This document shows positions 15,813 through 23,904 of a DNA stretch of 23,904 nucleotides, piece after piece. Location of the stretch: the IMG/VR virus record IMGVR_UViG_3300031578_013162, one strand, 5' to 3'. Position numbers and translations under genes: made by a program. Every line of letters starts with the position of its first letter. The first letter of the stretch is position 1. Origin of the DNA: a virus. The notes beneath the pieces are model-generated. The model did not search any database. It saw nothing but the letters and a program-made list of their open reading frames with translations, and had not been told where the DNA came from.

Positions 15813-16600
15813 TTTTTCATCTCTTCAAACTTTTTAAACAAATCGTTGTCTTCTTGATTTTGTTTGTCCGTTTTGGCCCAATTTATCCCTAACGATTTCC
15901 AAGTGTCTTGGTTCTTAAGATCTTTTTCTTCGGGGTATACAGGCTTCACCGCACAATATTGGTGACCCTTCTTATCCACCCCGCCCCCGACGATCCTTAG
16001 ATGATCTCCCGGTTTTGCGCCAGGCGGCACCCAAACCATTTTGATACCCCACAAAGTCTCAACCGAGATGTAGTCACCTTTCAGCATGATCTCAAGTTTG
16101 ATATTCTCGTCTACAAAAACATCTAAACCCTTCACCGTGTACCTGGGGTGCTTTTCAGCGGTCACGGTAACCAAAGCATCCCCGGTTTGATTCAGGCATT
16201 TCTTCCCTTTGCGCTTTTCAACATGCCGGAACCCTGAGATAGAGCCCGGTGGAAGATCAAAAGCAAAGGTGACCGGCTCGAAGTCTTCCGACTTGATAGG
16301 TTCTAAGTTCGCACCCAAGGAAATTTGGTTGTAAGACACCACTAACCGAGTGCCGTAAAAGGCATCATTGAAGGTGGTAATCATCTGGATGTTGAAAGTT
16401 AAGTCCCGTACCGGACGGATGCTTTGCTTCCGAGCGTATGACGGGTCGGTGATCATCCGATAAGCGTGGGTGACCTCCACAAACTTATCGGAATCACCAC
16501 CTTGGTCTGGGTGGTGTTCCAAGCACAATTTACGCCAAGCCTTCCGAAGAGTGTCCGGCGAATCGTCAGGTTTACAACCCAGTACCTCAAAATAATCCAT
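15809..16600 (-). CDS. DnaJ-family co-chaperone (J-domain plus DnaJ C-terminal substrate-binding domains, no Zn-finger)
   Basis: The N-terminus DYFEVLGCKPDDSPDTLRKAWRKLCLEHHPDQGGDSDKFVEVTHAYRMITDP is a canonical J-domain with the HPD tripeptide. The C-terminus (GDALVTVTAEKHPRYTVKGLDVFVDENIKLE...VPPGAKPGDHLRIVGGG) parallels DnaJ CTD I/II. The RBS is AGGA. Confidence 0.8.
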   Translation of the reverse strand: MDYFEVLGCKPDDSPDTLRKAWRKLCLEHHPDQGGDSDKFVEVTHAYRMITDPSYARKQSIRPVRDLTFNIQMITTFNDAFYGTRLVVSYNQISLGANLEPIKSEDFEPVTFAFDLPPGSISGFRHVEKRKGKKCLNQTGDALVTVTAEKHPRYTVKGLDVFVDENIKLEIMLKGDYISVETLWGIKMVWVPPGAKPGDHLRIVGGGVDKKGHQYCAVKPVYPEEKDLKNQDTWKSLGINWAKTDKQNQEDNDLFKKFEEMKK

Positions 16601-17215
16601 TTAGTGTCCTGATTCGACCGGGATATCTAATTTCTCTAGGGTCTTTTGCATCGACCGCTTTAAAATACCCTGCACCTTGTCTTGTGTAGTATTGTTAGGA
16701 TTCGCTATCGTAGCTTTCAATTCGTGATCTTCGTTAGCTTCGGCGGCGGCCTTCTTTTCTGCCTGCCTTTTTGCTTCGACCTTCTCGATCCGTTTTTGGA
16801 AGACAAAACCCATGCCGCTAATCAAGTCTTCGGGCTTCACTACAAGGTCCACAACCCCAGAAAAATAAGGTGGTACCGACGCCAAAGTATTAGAAACGGC
16901 TAACATAGGCTTGCCAAACACAGCCGCTACGGCCATGAAGTGAACGTTGGGTGAGCTATCTAAATCTAAAACCAGGATATCTGATTCTGATATGCCCCAA
17001 AAATCTTGCCGCATAGAAGTTTCCCAAGGGTGGGGGACGACCGGGGGCTCTGTTTCAAAATGCACTAATATTTCCCGGCCCTTCTCGTTGTTATAATCGT
17101 ATTGATTATGTAACAGAATTACGTTTTCTGTTCGTTCCACTACATCTAATATAGGTGAGTGCTTACCCGATTGATCCCGCTCAGATGCTACAAACACCAC
17201 CAATTTCTTTTCCAT
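16601..17215 (-). CDS. Nucleoside 2-deoxyribosyltransferase-fold (flavodoxin-like) protein, possibly non-canonical
   Basis: KKLVVFVAS...SDILVLDLDSSPNVHFMAVAAVFGKPMLAV mirrors the NDT pattern (IYFAG...DIML...D.G...E.G.A...GK.VL). The catalytic Glu position is occupied by Met/Ala. The RBS is AGGAG. The C-terminal tail is charged. Confidence 0.4.
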   Translation of the reverse strand: MEKKLVVFVASERDQSGKHSPILDVVERTENVILLHNQYDYNNEKGREILVHFETEPPVVPHPWETSMRQDFWGISESDILVLDLDSSPNVHFMAVAAVFGKPMLAVSNTLASVPPYFSGVVDLVVKPEDLISGMGFVFQKRIEKVEAKRQAEKKAAAEANEDHELKATIANPNNTTQDKVQGILKRSMQKTLEKLDIPVESGH

Positions 17216-17223
17216 AATATCTC

Positions 17224-17655
17224 CTATGATTGTCTTACATCACCAGCAACAACCCCGTGGTCCACCAAATAAGACTTCCGAGGCTTCGATGGCCGATTAT
17301 AAATTAATTCCATTTCTTTGCTTATGATTTCATCCATTTCATTGTGCAACCCTAACATCCCACAGAGCCGTTTGACGACATGGATTTTTTCGATACGAGA
17401 CGAAAACAAGTCCATAAATTCGTAAAGGTCTTGGGGATTTTCCCTCGAACCGGATTTCAATAGAGCATTGGTGTAGCTTTCCTTGGCTTGGTGCAAACCT
17501 TTGTCGTAGTCCAAGATTTCTAAAAAGATTTGGTGGAAAGCTTTCTCGTACTCTGCCATCGAACAACGTTTTAAGATTTCCTCGTTTACCTCTTTGAACG
17601 GGGTGTCGTCTTCGGGCAGAATCTCTTCTTCGTCGTCTACTACATTCTCTTTCAT
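17224..17655 (-). CDS. Hypothetical acidic protein (143 aa)
   Basis: ATGA overlap with the upstream gene. Read from the sequence. Confidence 0.5.
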   Translation of the reverse strand: MKENVVDDEEEILPEDDTPFKEVNEEILKRCSMAEYEKAFHQIFLEILDYDKGLHQAKESYTNALLKSGSRENPQDLYEFMDLFSSRIEKIHVVKRLCGMLGLHNEMDEIISKEMELIYNRPSKPRKSYLVDHGVVAGDVRQS

Positions 17656-18353
17656 TGGGCGTACCTTTCTCGGGAGAACAGAAGCTTTTCGGACGAAGCT
17701 AAGATTTTCGACAAGGTAAATTCAGTGGAATCGAACTTTTTGTCGATGTATTCCGCCACGGTCAAACACTTCTTTAGATTTTTCTTCACCGGAATTTGCT
17801 CCGGCAAGATCCGGTTCATCGCTGCGTTGCGGATCGCTTCGTTTTTGAGTGTAGTCATTTTGCTGTACTTGGAATAAAGCCAAAGCTCAGCGTGTTGTAG
17901 TAGCTCTTCGAGTTCGTACTTGGTATCGATCAGCGAGGTATAGATCGTAGAGACCCTAGAGCGATTGACCACTATTTTTCTAAGGTAGCGGTTGATTTCT
18001 TCCAGGTCTTGCTGGGTGCCGAAGCGGTGTTGTGAGAAATCATCCTCTACTACATAGTTCCTAAGCTCTTCTAGGATAGAGTCGTCCACGTTAAACTTCG
18101 GTGCGGTAAGCTGCTTTCGCACCCCTAGCACGTATTTATCGCACAAGATCTCTTGAAACCCGTCCATAAGTGGTTCGGTGTACTCGACACAAGCCAAGGT
18201 GAGGGCTTCGACTTCTCGGGTGACCGAACAGTTCCCGCTATCCCCAAAGCCTGCTTTGTACCACTGACAAGACCCGCAATAAGTTTCGTCAGCTTCGGCT
18301 TCCGGGTGTTCGCCGGGATACTTCCCATTAGGCACGGGGCATCTCCTTGTCAT
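17652..18353 (-). CDS. Hypothetical protein with a Cys-rich N-terminus (possible zinc-binding regulatory protein)
   Basis: C5, C26, C29, C42 and C55 fall in the first 60 aa (RRCPV...YCGSCQWY...GNCSV...LACVEY). The remainder is helical. Any function is inference only. Confidence 0.5.
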   Translation of the reverse strand: MTRRCPVPNGKYPGEHPEAEADETYCGSCQWYKAGFGDSGNCSVTREVEALTLACVEYTEPLMDGFQEILCDKYVLGVRKQLTAPKFNVDDSILEELRNYVVEDDFSQHRFGTQQDLEEINRYLRKIVVNRSRVSTIYTSLIDTKYELEELLQHAELWLYSKYSKMTTLKNEAIRNAAMNRILPEQIPVKKNLKKCLTVAEYIDKKFDSTEFTLSKILASSEKLLFSRERYAQ

Positions 18354-18744
18354 CGATAATCTTATCCGTGGCCGTAGACCGCCACCGGCCCACTAGCATG
18401 TAGTCCTTAACCTTGTTCGGGTGCTCATAAGCTATCAAGCGCACGACTTGATCTTCGAAAATCACCTCGAAGGAAAGGTTTTCGGTGTTGACCTCCCCTT
18501 TTTTGTTGTAAACAACACCAAAAGAATTGAACAAACAAAACTTCGGGTAGATTTCGTCGTACCTATACCGCAAAAGATAGCCGATCATTTTGTCCTGGGG
18601 GCTGTAGATCAATTTGAACTCAGCCCGAGAGACTTTGTAGACCCTTCTTTGCTTCGCACCTTCTAAGGATTCACCCTTGAGCACAAATAATTCGCCCATA
18701 CCGTCGGTGATCTTGTCTTCTAAATACCACTTGGCCATCTTCAC
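18328..18744 (-). CDS. Hypothetical protein (138 aa)
   Basis: ORF overlapping the downstream gene's start by 26 bp. No motif was recognised. Confidence 0.5.
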   Translation of the reverse strand: MKMAKWYLEDKITDGMGELFVLKGESLEGAKQRRVYKVSRAEFKLIYSPQDKMIGYLLRYRYDEIYPKFCLFNSFGVVYNKKGEVNTENLSFEVIFEDQVVRLIAYEHPNKVKDYMLVGRWRSTATDKIIDDKEMPRA

Positions 18745-18756
18745 GGGATTTCTCCT

Positions 18757-19884
18757 TCACACCAAACACACAGGGAAAATGTAATTCAAATCTAAAGACG
18801 CTCCACCAGATTCCAGCCCGCCTTTGTAGTAGACCATCCGCTCGTTAGCCGACATCATTCCTTTGTCCACAGCAAAAAGCTTGGTGTGGTCTTCGAAAGC
18901 CTTGGGGAACATATTTATCTTGTACGTCCGCTCTGAATTCTCATTGTAGATTTGGTCTACATCATCAACACCGTCTACTACAGCATCACCAATGTCTACA
19001 TGCTTCATCTCCAGAGTCATCGTATCGGTTAAAGACACGGTGAGCATAGCCCCGTCGGATTTCTTCGGTATCATCCCTACCAAAGGTTTGATAGCGGTAG
19101 CCAAAGATTTAGGCACAAAGGTACAAGAAGTTTTAGCTTGGAACTTAGAGAAGATCGTATCAAAGTCCGAAGAGCTTTGGTTGATACCCGCTGAATAAAT
19201 CTCAAAAGTTTCATTCCTAAACATCGTTTGGAACTTACTCACACCAATCTGGATAGGTGTGTCATCCGTGATGCTACCTTTGCCGTACAAACAATCAAGC
19301 AGATACTTAGGCGCTTTGACATCGAAATCTTTGGTCACTACTACATCCGAGGTGATCTTCGCCAAGGAATATTGATCGTCCGCTGACATCGTGAGGTGAC
19401 CTTTTTCGTTGCGAAACCGCACCGGCATCAAATCTTTCTTCTCGTCGTGGAAGGCAAAAGGGATGCTAAGGTACTTGGTAGCCGCTGCCAACACCCCGTA
19501 TGGGATAGTGATCGCATCCATCCCCTCGGGAATATCTTCAAACTCTGGTCTAGGCACCGCTACCCGCAAATGGGTGGTGAGCCGACCGTTTACCAGCTTA
19601 AGCTCTGACTTTTCATCTTGCCAAGACAATACTACATCTTTTCCAGCCAAGCTGATATTCATCAACACAGTCGGATCGAACGAATAGTCGGTGTTACCCG
19701 TGCCGTGGTGAGTCGCTGACGCTGGTTTGGCCGACACCAAAGCGTTGTCCGTCACCATTATCATCCTAAAGGGTTCAAACGTGAAGGTTATTGTCGGCTT
19801 TTTCACACTGAAAGCGGCGAATTTTGCGAACGTCTTTAGTGTCTCCCTGAATTCCTTGGCGTTGAACATTACCGTGGTGCTCAT
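18757..19884 (-). CDS. DNA polymerase sliding-clamp-like protein (beta-clamp family), 375 aa
   Basis: The preferred start is the ATG at 19884 (MSTTVMFNAKEF), which has a GGGGGG SD 4 nt upstream. The size matches three clamp domains. NGRLTTHLRVAVPRPEFEDIP resembles the beta-clamp segment SGRSRFSLSTLPAADFPNLD. The N-terminus follows the MKFTVEREHLLKPLQQV-like pattern. Confidence 0.5.
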   Translation of the reverse strand: MSTTVMFNAKEFRETLKTFAKFAAFSVKKPTITFTFEPFRMIMVTDNALVSAKPASATHHGTGNTDYSFDPTVLMNISLAGKDVVLSWQDEKSELKLVNGRLTTHLRVAVPRPEFEDIPEGMDAITIPYGVLAAATKYLSIPFAFHDEKKDLMPVRFRNEKGHLTMSADDQYSLAKITSDVVVTKDFDVKAPKYLLDCLYGKGSITDDTPIQIGVSKFQTMFRNETFEIYSAGINQSSSDFDTIFSKFQAKTSCTFVPKSLATAIKPLVGMIPKKSDGAMLTVSLTDTMTLEMKHVDIGDAVVDGVDDVDQIYNENSERTYKINMFPKAFEDHTKLFAVDKGMMSANERMVYYKGGLESGGASLDLNYIFPVCLV

Positions 19885-20707
19885 ATATCCCCCCTGATGG
19901 CTCGTCGTAATAACAGAACCGCAAAACATCTAGCAAAAATTCAATAGAATTTTGCAATGATAACCAATCCGCAACAGAACCGAAACCAGAATCCCTAGTG
20001 TAATCCATCCTAAGTTCATAAGTGGTTTGCAAAGAACGATACGCTAAGAAGAATCTTTCTTGAGCCTCGTGTAAAGATTTTCTATTTTCTACCTGCAATA
20101 TTTCATTCTGGTGGTGGTCTATAAAGACAGAAGCTAAGTTCTTCAAGCTCAACGCCACCGACATCCCAGAAAAATAAGTCTTCTCATTCACCAAACCACT
20201 CGGCATTAAACTTTGCTTCGAGGTCGGGAAGACTACTACAGCGTCGGTGCCAGTCAAAAATTCTAACTTCATCTTAACATTCCGCAACCAAGTCTTGGCC
20301 AAGGTCTTCACCGATGTCAAACCCGTTAGCTCCTTTAGCTCTGTGAGCGCACCATCCGATCCACAAAGCCGGAAGTCCGGGTGGATGGGCCGTAGGTATC
20401 TCAGATAACTACGAAGCTCTGAGGCGATAGGGCTAACCTTGATGAAAGCATCCACCCCACGCAAACCATCTTCTATTTTTTGTAAGATAAAAATAATCTG
20501 CGTGGCTATCCCGTTGTGTAAGATATCATCTTTAGAAATCCCGTAGTCAAAACAGATATCAGGATGTTCGTTTTCTAAAAAAGCTATTACATCCCCCACC
20601 GTGGTAGTGTCGGTGAAGGCGTCGAGATTAGGCACGGGCAAATAAATCCCGTCGTTGATCGCTTCGGCGTAACCTATGGCCCATATAGCTGTGTAGTAGG
20701 GTATCAA
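19775..20707 (-). CDS. Hypothetical protein (310 aa), replication-module member (primase or loader?)
   Basis: TTG start immediately after the DnaB stop (TGATTG), with no in-frame ATG until about codon 146. Its 3' end overlaps the clamp gene's start by about 110 nt in another frame. Confidence 0.45.
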   Translation of the reverse strand: MIPYYTAIWAIGYAEAINDGIYLPVPNLDAFTDTTTVGDVIAFLENEHPDICFDYGISKDDILHNGIATQIIFILQKIEDGLRGVDAFIKVSPIASELRSYLRYLRPIHPDFRLCGSDGALTELKELTGLTSVKTLAKTWLRNVKMKLEFLTGTDAVVVFPTSKQSLMPSGLVNEKTYFSGMSVALSLKNLASVFIDHHQNEILQVENRKSLHEAQERFFLAYRSLQTTYELRMDYTRDSGFGSVADWLSLQNSIEFLLDVLRFCYYDEPSGGIYEHHGNVQRQGIQGDTKDVRKIRRFQCEKADNNLHV

Positions 20708-22036
20708 TCAAGACCTCAGTTCCGGCATCGAAGGTACTTTTTTCCTAGATTTCCTAGGCTTTTCTTCCTCTTCATCTTCCAACGGGCTTGGGCCGAAGTA
20801 GTCTTTGAAGGTAAAGGTCGTGAAGTCTTTTTCCAAGTAGAAGTTGTACACCGGAGCATTACGAGCTTTAAGATGTCTTATATTTATCAGCCCAGCTTCT
20901 CGTTCTTTTTCTCCGTGGTCCCACACCCATACAAAGTTCGCATTGGCTTGGATCGCCTTCGAATACTTGAGCTTGTTACCTTCATCGTCGTATTGCGCCA
21001 AGAGTACCACAGCCGCATTCAAGTTGTTGGCCGCTAATTTAGCGTGGCGGGAGTGATCGCCTAAGATTTCCCACATCGCTTTTTTAGGATCAGTCGGCTT
21101 CAAAAGACTGATGTAGTCGATATAGATCACATCGTAATTCATCGGCTTAAGCTCTAAAGCTATCTGTGGGATGGTAAGCTCCCTCGACGGCGTCCAGATA
21201 GTCAACCTATTGTCCGAAGGCGTTTGGGATAAGAAATCTTTGAATCTGCTTTTGATTAGATCTATATGTTTAGAGGTCAACCGCTTCAAGTTGATCTTAG
21301 AGTGCTCGATCCGTGATTGCGTCGATAACATCCGGTACCGAAGTTCGATCTCGTCCATTTCATAAGACACAAAACAAACATTATAACCTAATTCGTATTG
21401 AGCGGTGGCCATGTTCAAAGCCAAAGCTGACTTCCCGCCCCCAGGCACCGAAGCCATCACCAACACATTCTTGCGGTGTAGGCCCCCAGAGCGGTCGTCA
21501 AAGACCTTCAACCCAGTCTTCAATAGATCATCGTCGTTGGTGTCGGCTAGCTCGGCTCCGATCTTTTCTACGATCTTGTCAGCATCCGCCTTAGTGTAGT
21601 GAACCATCTCGGTGGAGTCGTTGGTGGTATGGCAGCTTTGCAGCATGTTCTCCACGTTGCTCACCACTAGGTCCACGTCTACGTTGGTGCCGGACATCAC
21701 CTCCATCGTGTGGGCCATAGCCGCTGAAAGGATTCTAGCCTTGCGGTGCTGTACTAGGTTCTCTATCGCCGCCTTGATATTCCCGGCGTCTAGGCTATTG
21801 GGTTGGTTCAAAAGGCTACGGGCTTCCTCGGATAGCGTTTGGTCGTTGCGGAAGACCTCACTAGAAGGAATTTCTTTGCCCACGTTCATAATCGTGATGA
21901 CCCTGCGGTAGATTTCTTGGGCCGGGGCGTACCCGAAGTAGTCTTCCTCGACTTGACCCAACAAAGCACCCCGGTTCGGGGCGTCCAACAAAGCCCGGAT
22001 TACCTGGACCTCAGTCGTAGCATCGACAGTTTTCAT
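20708..22036 (-). CDS. dnaB: DnaB-family replicative DNA helicase
   Basis: GGTGAGGT RBS. The N-terminal DnaB-like helical domain is followed by a Walker A (ASVPGGGKSALALNMA). VSYEMDEIELRYRMLSTQSRIEHSKINLKRL parallels the DnaB segment FSLEMPSEQIMMRSLASLSRVDQTKIRTG. Confidence 0.8.
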   Translation of the reverse strand: MKTVDATTEVQVIRALLDAPNRGALLGQVEEDYFGYAPAQEIYRRVITIMNVGKEIPSSEVFRNDQTLSEEARSLLNQPNSLDAGNIKAAIENLVQHRKARILSAAMAHTMEVMSGTNVDVDLVVSNVENMLQSCHTTNDSTEMVHYTKADADKIVEKIGAELADTNDDDLLKTGLKVFDDRSGGLHRKNVLVMASVPGGGKSALALNMATAQYELGYNVCFVSYEMDEIELRYRMLSTQSRIEHSKINLKRLTSKHIDLIKSRFKDFLSQTPSDNRLTIWTPSRELTIPQIALELKPMNYDVIYIDYISLLKPTDPKKAMWEILGDHSRHAKLAANNLNAAVVLLAQYDDEGNKLKYSKAIQANANFVWVWDHGEKEREAGLINIRHLKARNAPVYNFYLEKDFTTFTFKDYFGPSPLEDEEEEKPRKSRKKVPSMPELRS

Positions 22037-22078
22037 TTACTTACCTCACCTGATTCAGTCACCTAAGACTTTTAACGA

Positions 22079-22678
22079 TCAGGTGAAGTTCTGGTGAGAA
22101 GTTTTCGCTAGCTGCCACACAATATCAGGATTGTTACCCAGCTTTTCGACTACAAACTTCATGATGTTGGGGGTCGTAGCTATAATGATTGTAGTAGCGG
22201 ATTCGGTGCGGCGGATGAAGTCCTTGGCGATCTCCAACTTTTTAAGCTCGGTTTGTTCGGACAACCCGTGGATCACAGCCAAGTCACATTCTTCTGTAGA
22301 TTTTAAGAAGTCCCAGTCCGGGTGACCTAAGTCGATCCACTTGACTAAACCCATATCACCTTGGGAAAATTGGAAGTTGAAAAACTCCCGGCTGACCAAA
22401 GTAGCTAACTCGTAACCCGCTTGCTCCGTTGGGTAAGAACCTACTACATATAAACCTGGGCCGCCGAGAGCATCGATGTTTTCTAAGACATCGCTCAAGG
22501 CGGCGGATTGACTTTTAGGGTTGATGATAAAAGTTCCCTTGGCCGCTTGCACCGAAGTCGTGACGAAATGGAGTTGGGCCGGGGTGATCTTCTTTTTCAG
22601 ATAGGTAATAGGAGCCCCAGACAAGGCTAGAAGCCGGTCGCTTTTCGGTAAACCGTAGAACTTACGACCTCTAGCCAT
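22079..22678 (-). CDS. Hypothetical protein (199 aa), possibly a Rossmann-like helicase-associated factor
   Basis: ATG with an AAGGTG RBS. It lies directly upstream of dnaB. No confident motif was found. Confidence 0.5.
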   Translation of the reverse strand: MARGRKFYGLPKSDRLLALSGAPITYLKKKITPAQLHFVTTSVQAAKGTFIINPKSQSAALSDVLENIDALGGPGLYVVGSYPTEQAGYELATLVSREFFNFQFSQGDMGLVKWIDLGHPDWDFLKSTEECDLAVIHGLSEQTELKKLEIAKDFIRRTESATTIIIATTPNIMKFVVEKLGNNPDIVWQLAKTSHQNFT

Positions 22679-22706
22679 AAAGGAACACCTTATTATTCTG
22701 CTACAT

Positions 22707-23904
22707 TCAGAGATCTACAATAACTTCTCTTACACCGAACGTAAAGTTCTTTCCATCCACGTCAAGGACGCTGTCTTCTCGGCTGTCGAATTCGTCGAAC
22801 CACTTAGAAGCCAGTAGAATAGCGAACTTGGTTCTTTGGATGTGCTTACGATTTTTCAAAAGCTCATGATTCTTATACTGAATCAAGTCATCCAAGATCG
22901 CCAGCTTGACTTTGTCCGATCCCTTGGCCTTCTCAGCCAGCACCAAACCTTCGTTCACCAAAGCTCCGGTTACCGTCAGCTTTTTGCCGCCCACTAAACG
23001 ATTTCGCACATCCTCGATCTTAGGCAAGCTAGAATGGCCTTTGACCTTCACGGTGAATTCTTTGGCGTGGTAGTAGTCTTTGGCTTCGCCTTTCACCATC
23101 GGTGGGGCGTAACCGTTCTTGCCGATGCCATTCTCTTTCAAAAATTCCGCTTGGGCTGGGGTCAACATCTCAGGCTTGGCATCGTCGCCTTCGATCTCTT
23201 TTTTGACGAACTTCAACGCTTTAAGGTGCGCTTGAGTCACGATCTCTGAGTAGACTTGGCGGCACATCGTAGTAGCTGACGTGTACCCGTCGGCGATAGC
23301 TCGGTTGATAACCGGGATGCTCTCTAACACTAAGATGTCGGTGCCGTCTTCCGCCGTTTCAATCATGTTGATGTCGTTGAAAAACTTCCTCGTGGCCTCA
23401 GAAAGCTTCACAGGCAGCTTCTTGATGTTTAAGAACCCGTCCTTCACCAAAGCATAGTTCCGGTAAACAAACGTCGGGTACTCTTTTTGGAAGCCAACCC
23501 CGGCGAAACCATCTTTCAATTCGATCGTACCTTTGATCGTAGCCCTTACCGACAAATTCAGCTTCTTTTGATTCCAAGTCAAAGCTGAGATAGGGCACGT
23601 CGGGTTGTCTTCCGCTTGGAACTTGGCGTAACCCTCTTCCGGTTGTGAAGCTAAACCGATCTTCCGATAGTTGAATTCCTTGTGCCGTGGCAAGAAGTAA
23701 TTCTCTTCGTCACCCATCAACACGTCTAAGGCGTCTAACAAGCAAAAAGCATCCCTGGGCGGCAGGTAGTTGGTGTTGCGGCCCTCGGCGAACCTAGCCT
23801 TGGTGTGGGTGACCGCTCGCTTGATCTTACCTTCAGCTTGGCCAAACTCTTCTAGGGTGTAAGCGTTGTTGACCCGGTTGATCAAAGCTACGTCGCCCAC
23901 GGTT
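22707..23904 (-). CDS. Hypothetical replication-module protein, 5'-truncated by the window end
   Basis: The frame is open to the window edge, with 397 or more codons. No diagnostic motif was recognised by eye. Confidence 0.5.
   Translation of the reverse strand, partial: TVGDVALINRVNNAYTLEEFGQAEGKIKRAVTHTKARFAEGRNTNYLPPRDAFCLLDALDVLMGDEENYFLPRHKEFNYRKIGLASQPEEGYAKFQAEDNPTCPISALTWNQKKLNLSVRATIKGTIELKDGFAGVGFQKEYPTFVYRNYALVKDGFLNIKKLPVKLSEATRKFFNDINMIETAEDGTDILVLESIPVINRAIADGYTSATTMCRQVYSEIVTQAHLKALKFVKKEIEGDDAKPEMLTPAQAEFLKENGIGKNGYAPPMVKGEAKDYYHAKEFTVKVKGHSSLPKIEDVRNRLVGGKKLTVTGALVNEGLVLAEKAKGSDKVKLAILDDLIQYKNHELLKNRKHIQRTKFAILLASKWFDEFDSREDSVLDVDGKNFTFGVREVIVDL

Noticed and set aside
20844-22066. 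Multiple 64-99-aa plus-strand ORFs inside the dnaB gene (for example 21313..21594, 21612..21911)
   Set aside because: They are antisense to a confidently identified helicase gene and have Arg/Ser/Pro-rich shadow-ORF composition.
1-23904. CRISPR array, IS element or transposase, integrase
   Set aside because: No regularly spaced short direct repeats. No DDE, tyrosine-recombinase or serine-recombinase motifs were recognised in any frame. The only tandem repeat is the 168-bp coding repeat.

Overview
The window reads as a densely packed, prokaryote-style (Shine-Dalgarno, ATGA/TAAATG-coupled genes) section of a large dsDNA phage or phage-like mobile element, about 48% GC by eye. The standout is a full-length homolog of the eukaryotic major vault protein (MVP), which sits in an unusual setting: a replication module and a cluster of acidic, probably structural genes, flanked by a DndB-like ParB gene and a small lipoprotein/membrane operon. 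It has three parts. (1) A plus-strand accessory island at 1-5050 holds a DndB-like ParB protein carrying a DGQHR-type motif (here AGQHR), a lipoprotein, a small membrane-protein mini-operon, and the 884-aa ORF that I recognise as the MVP homolog, which ends in a textbook intrinsic terminator. (2) A long minus-strand cluster at 5052-15306 encodes large hypothetical proteins, probably virion or morphogenesis components. Two of them are extremely acidic and low-complexity. The cluster also contains a 168-bp tandem repeat that is open in two overlapping frames (Gly-rich on the minus strand, Pro-rich on the plus strand). (3) A minus-strand replication and host-takeover module at 15477-23904 encodes a DnaJ-type co-chaperone, a nucleoside-2-deoxyribosyltransferase-fold protein, a beta-clamp-like protein, a DnaB-family helicase and several unknowns. 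A tRNA-like fragment (D-arm and T-loop consensus, but no canonical cloverleaf) lies in the 15307-15476 gap. All homology statements rest on by-eye recognition of motifs and my recollection of reference sequences, and they need HMM or structure-based confirmation.
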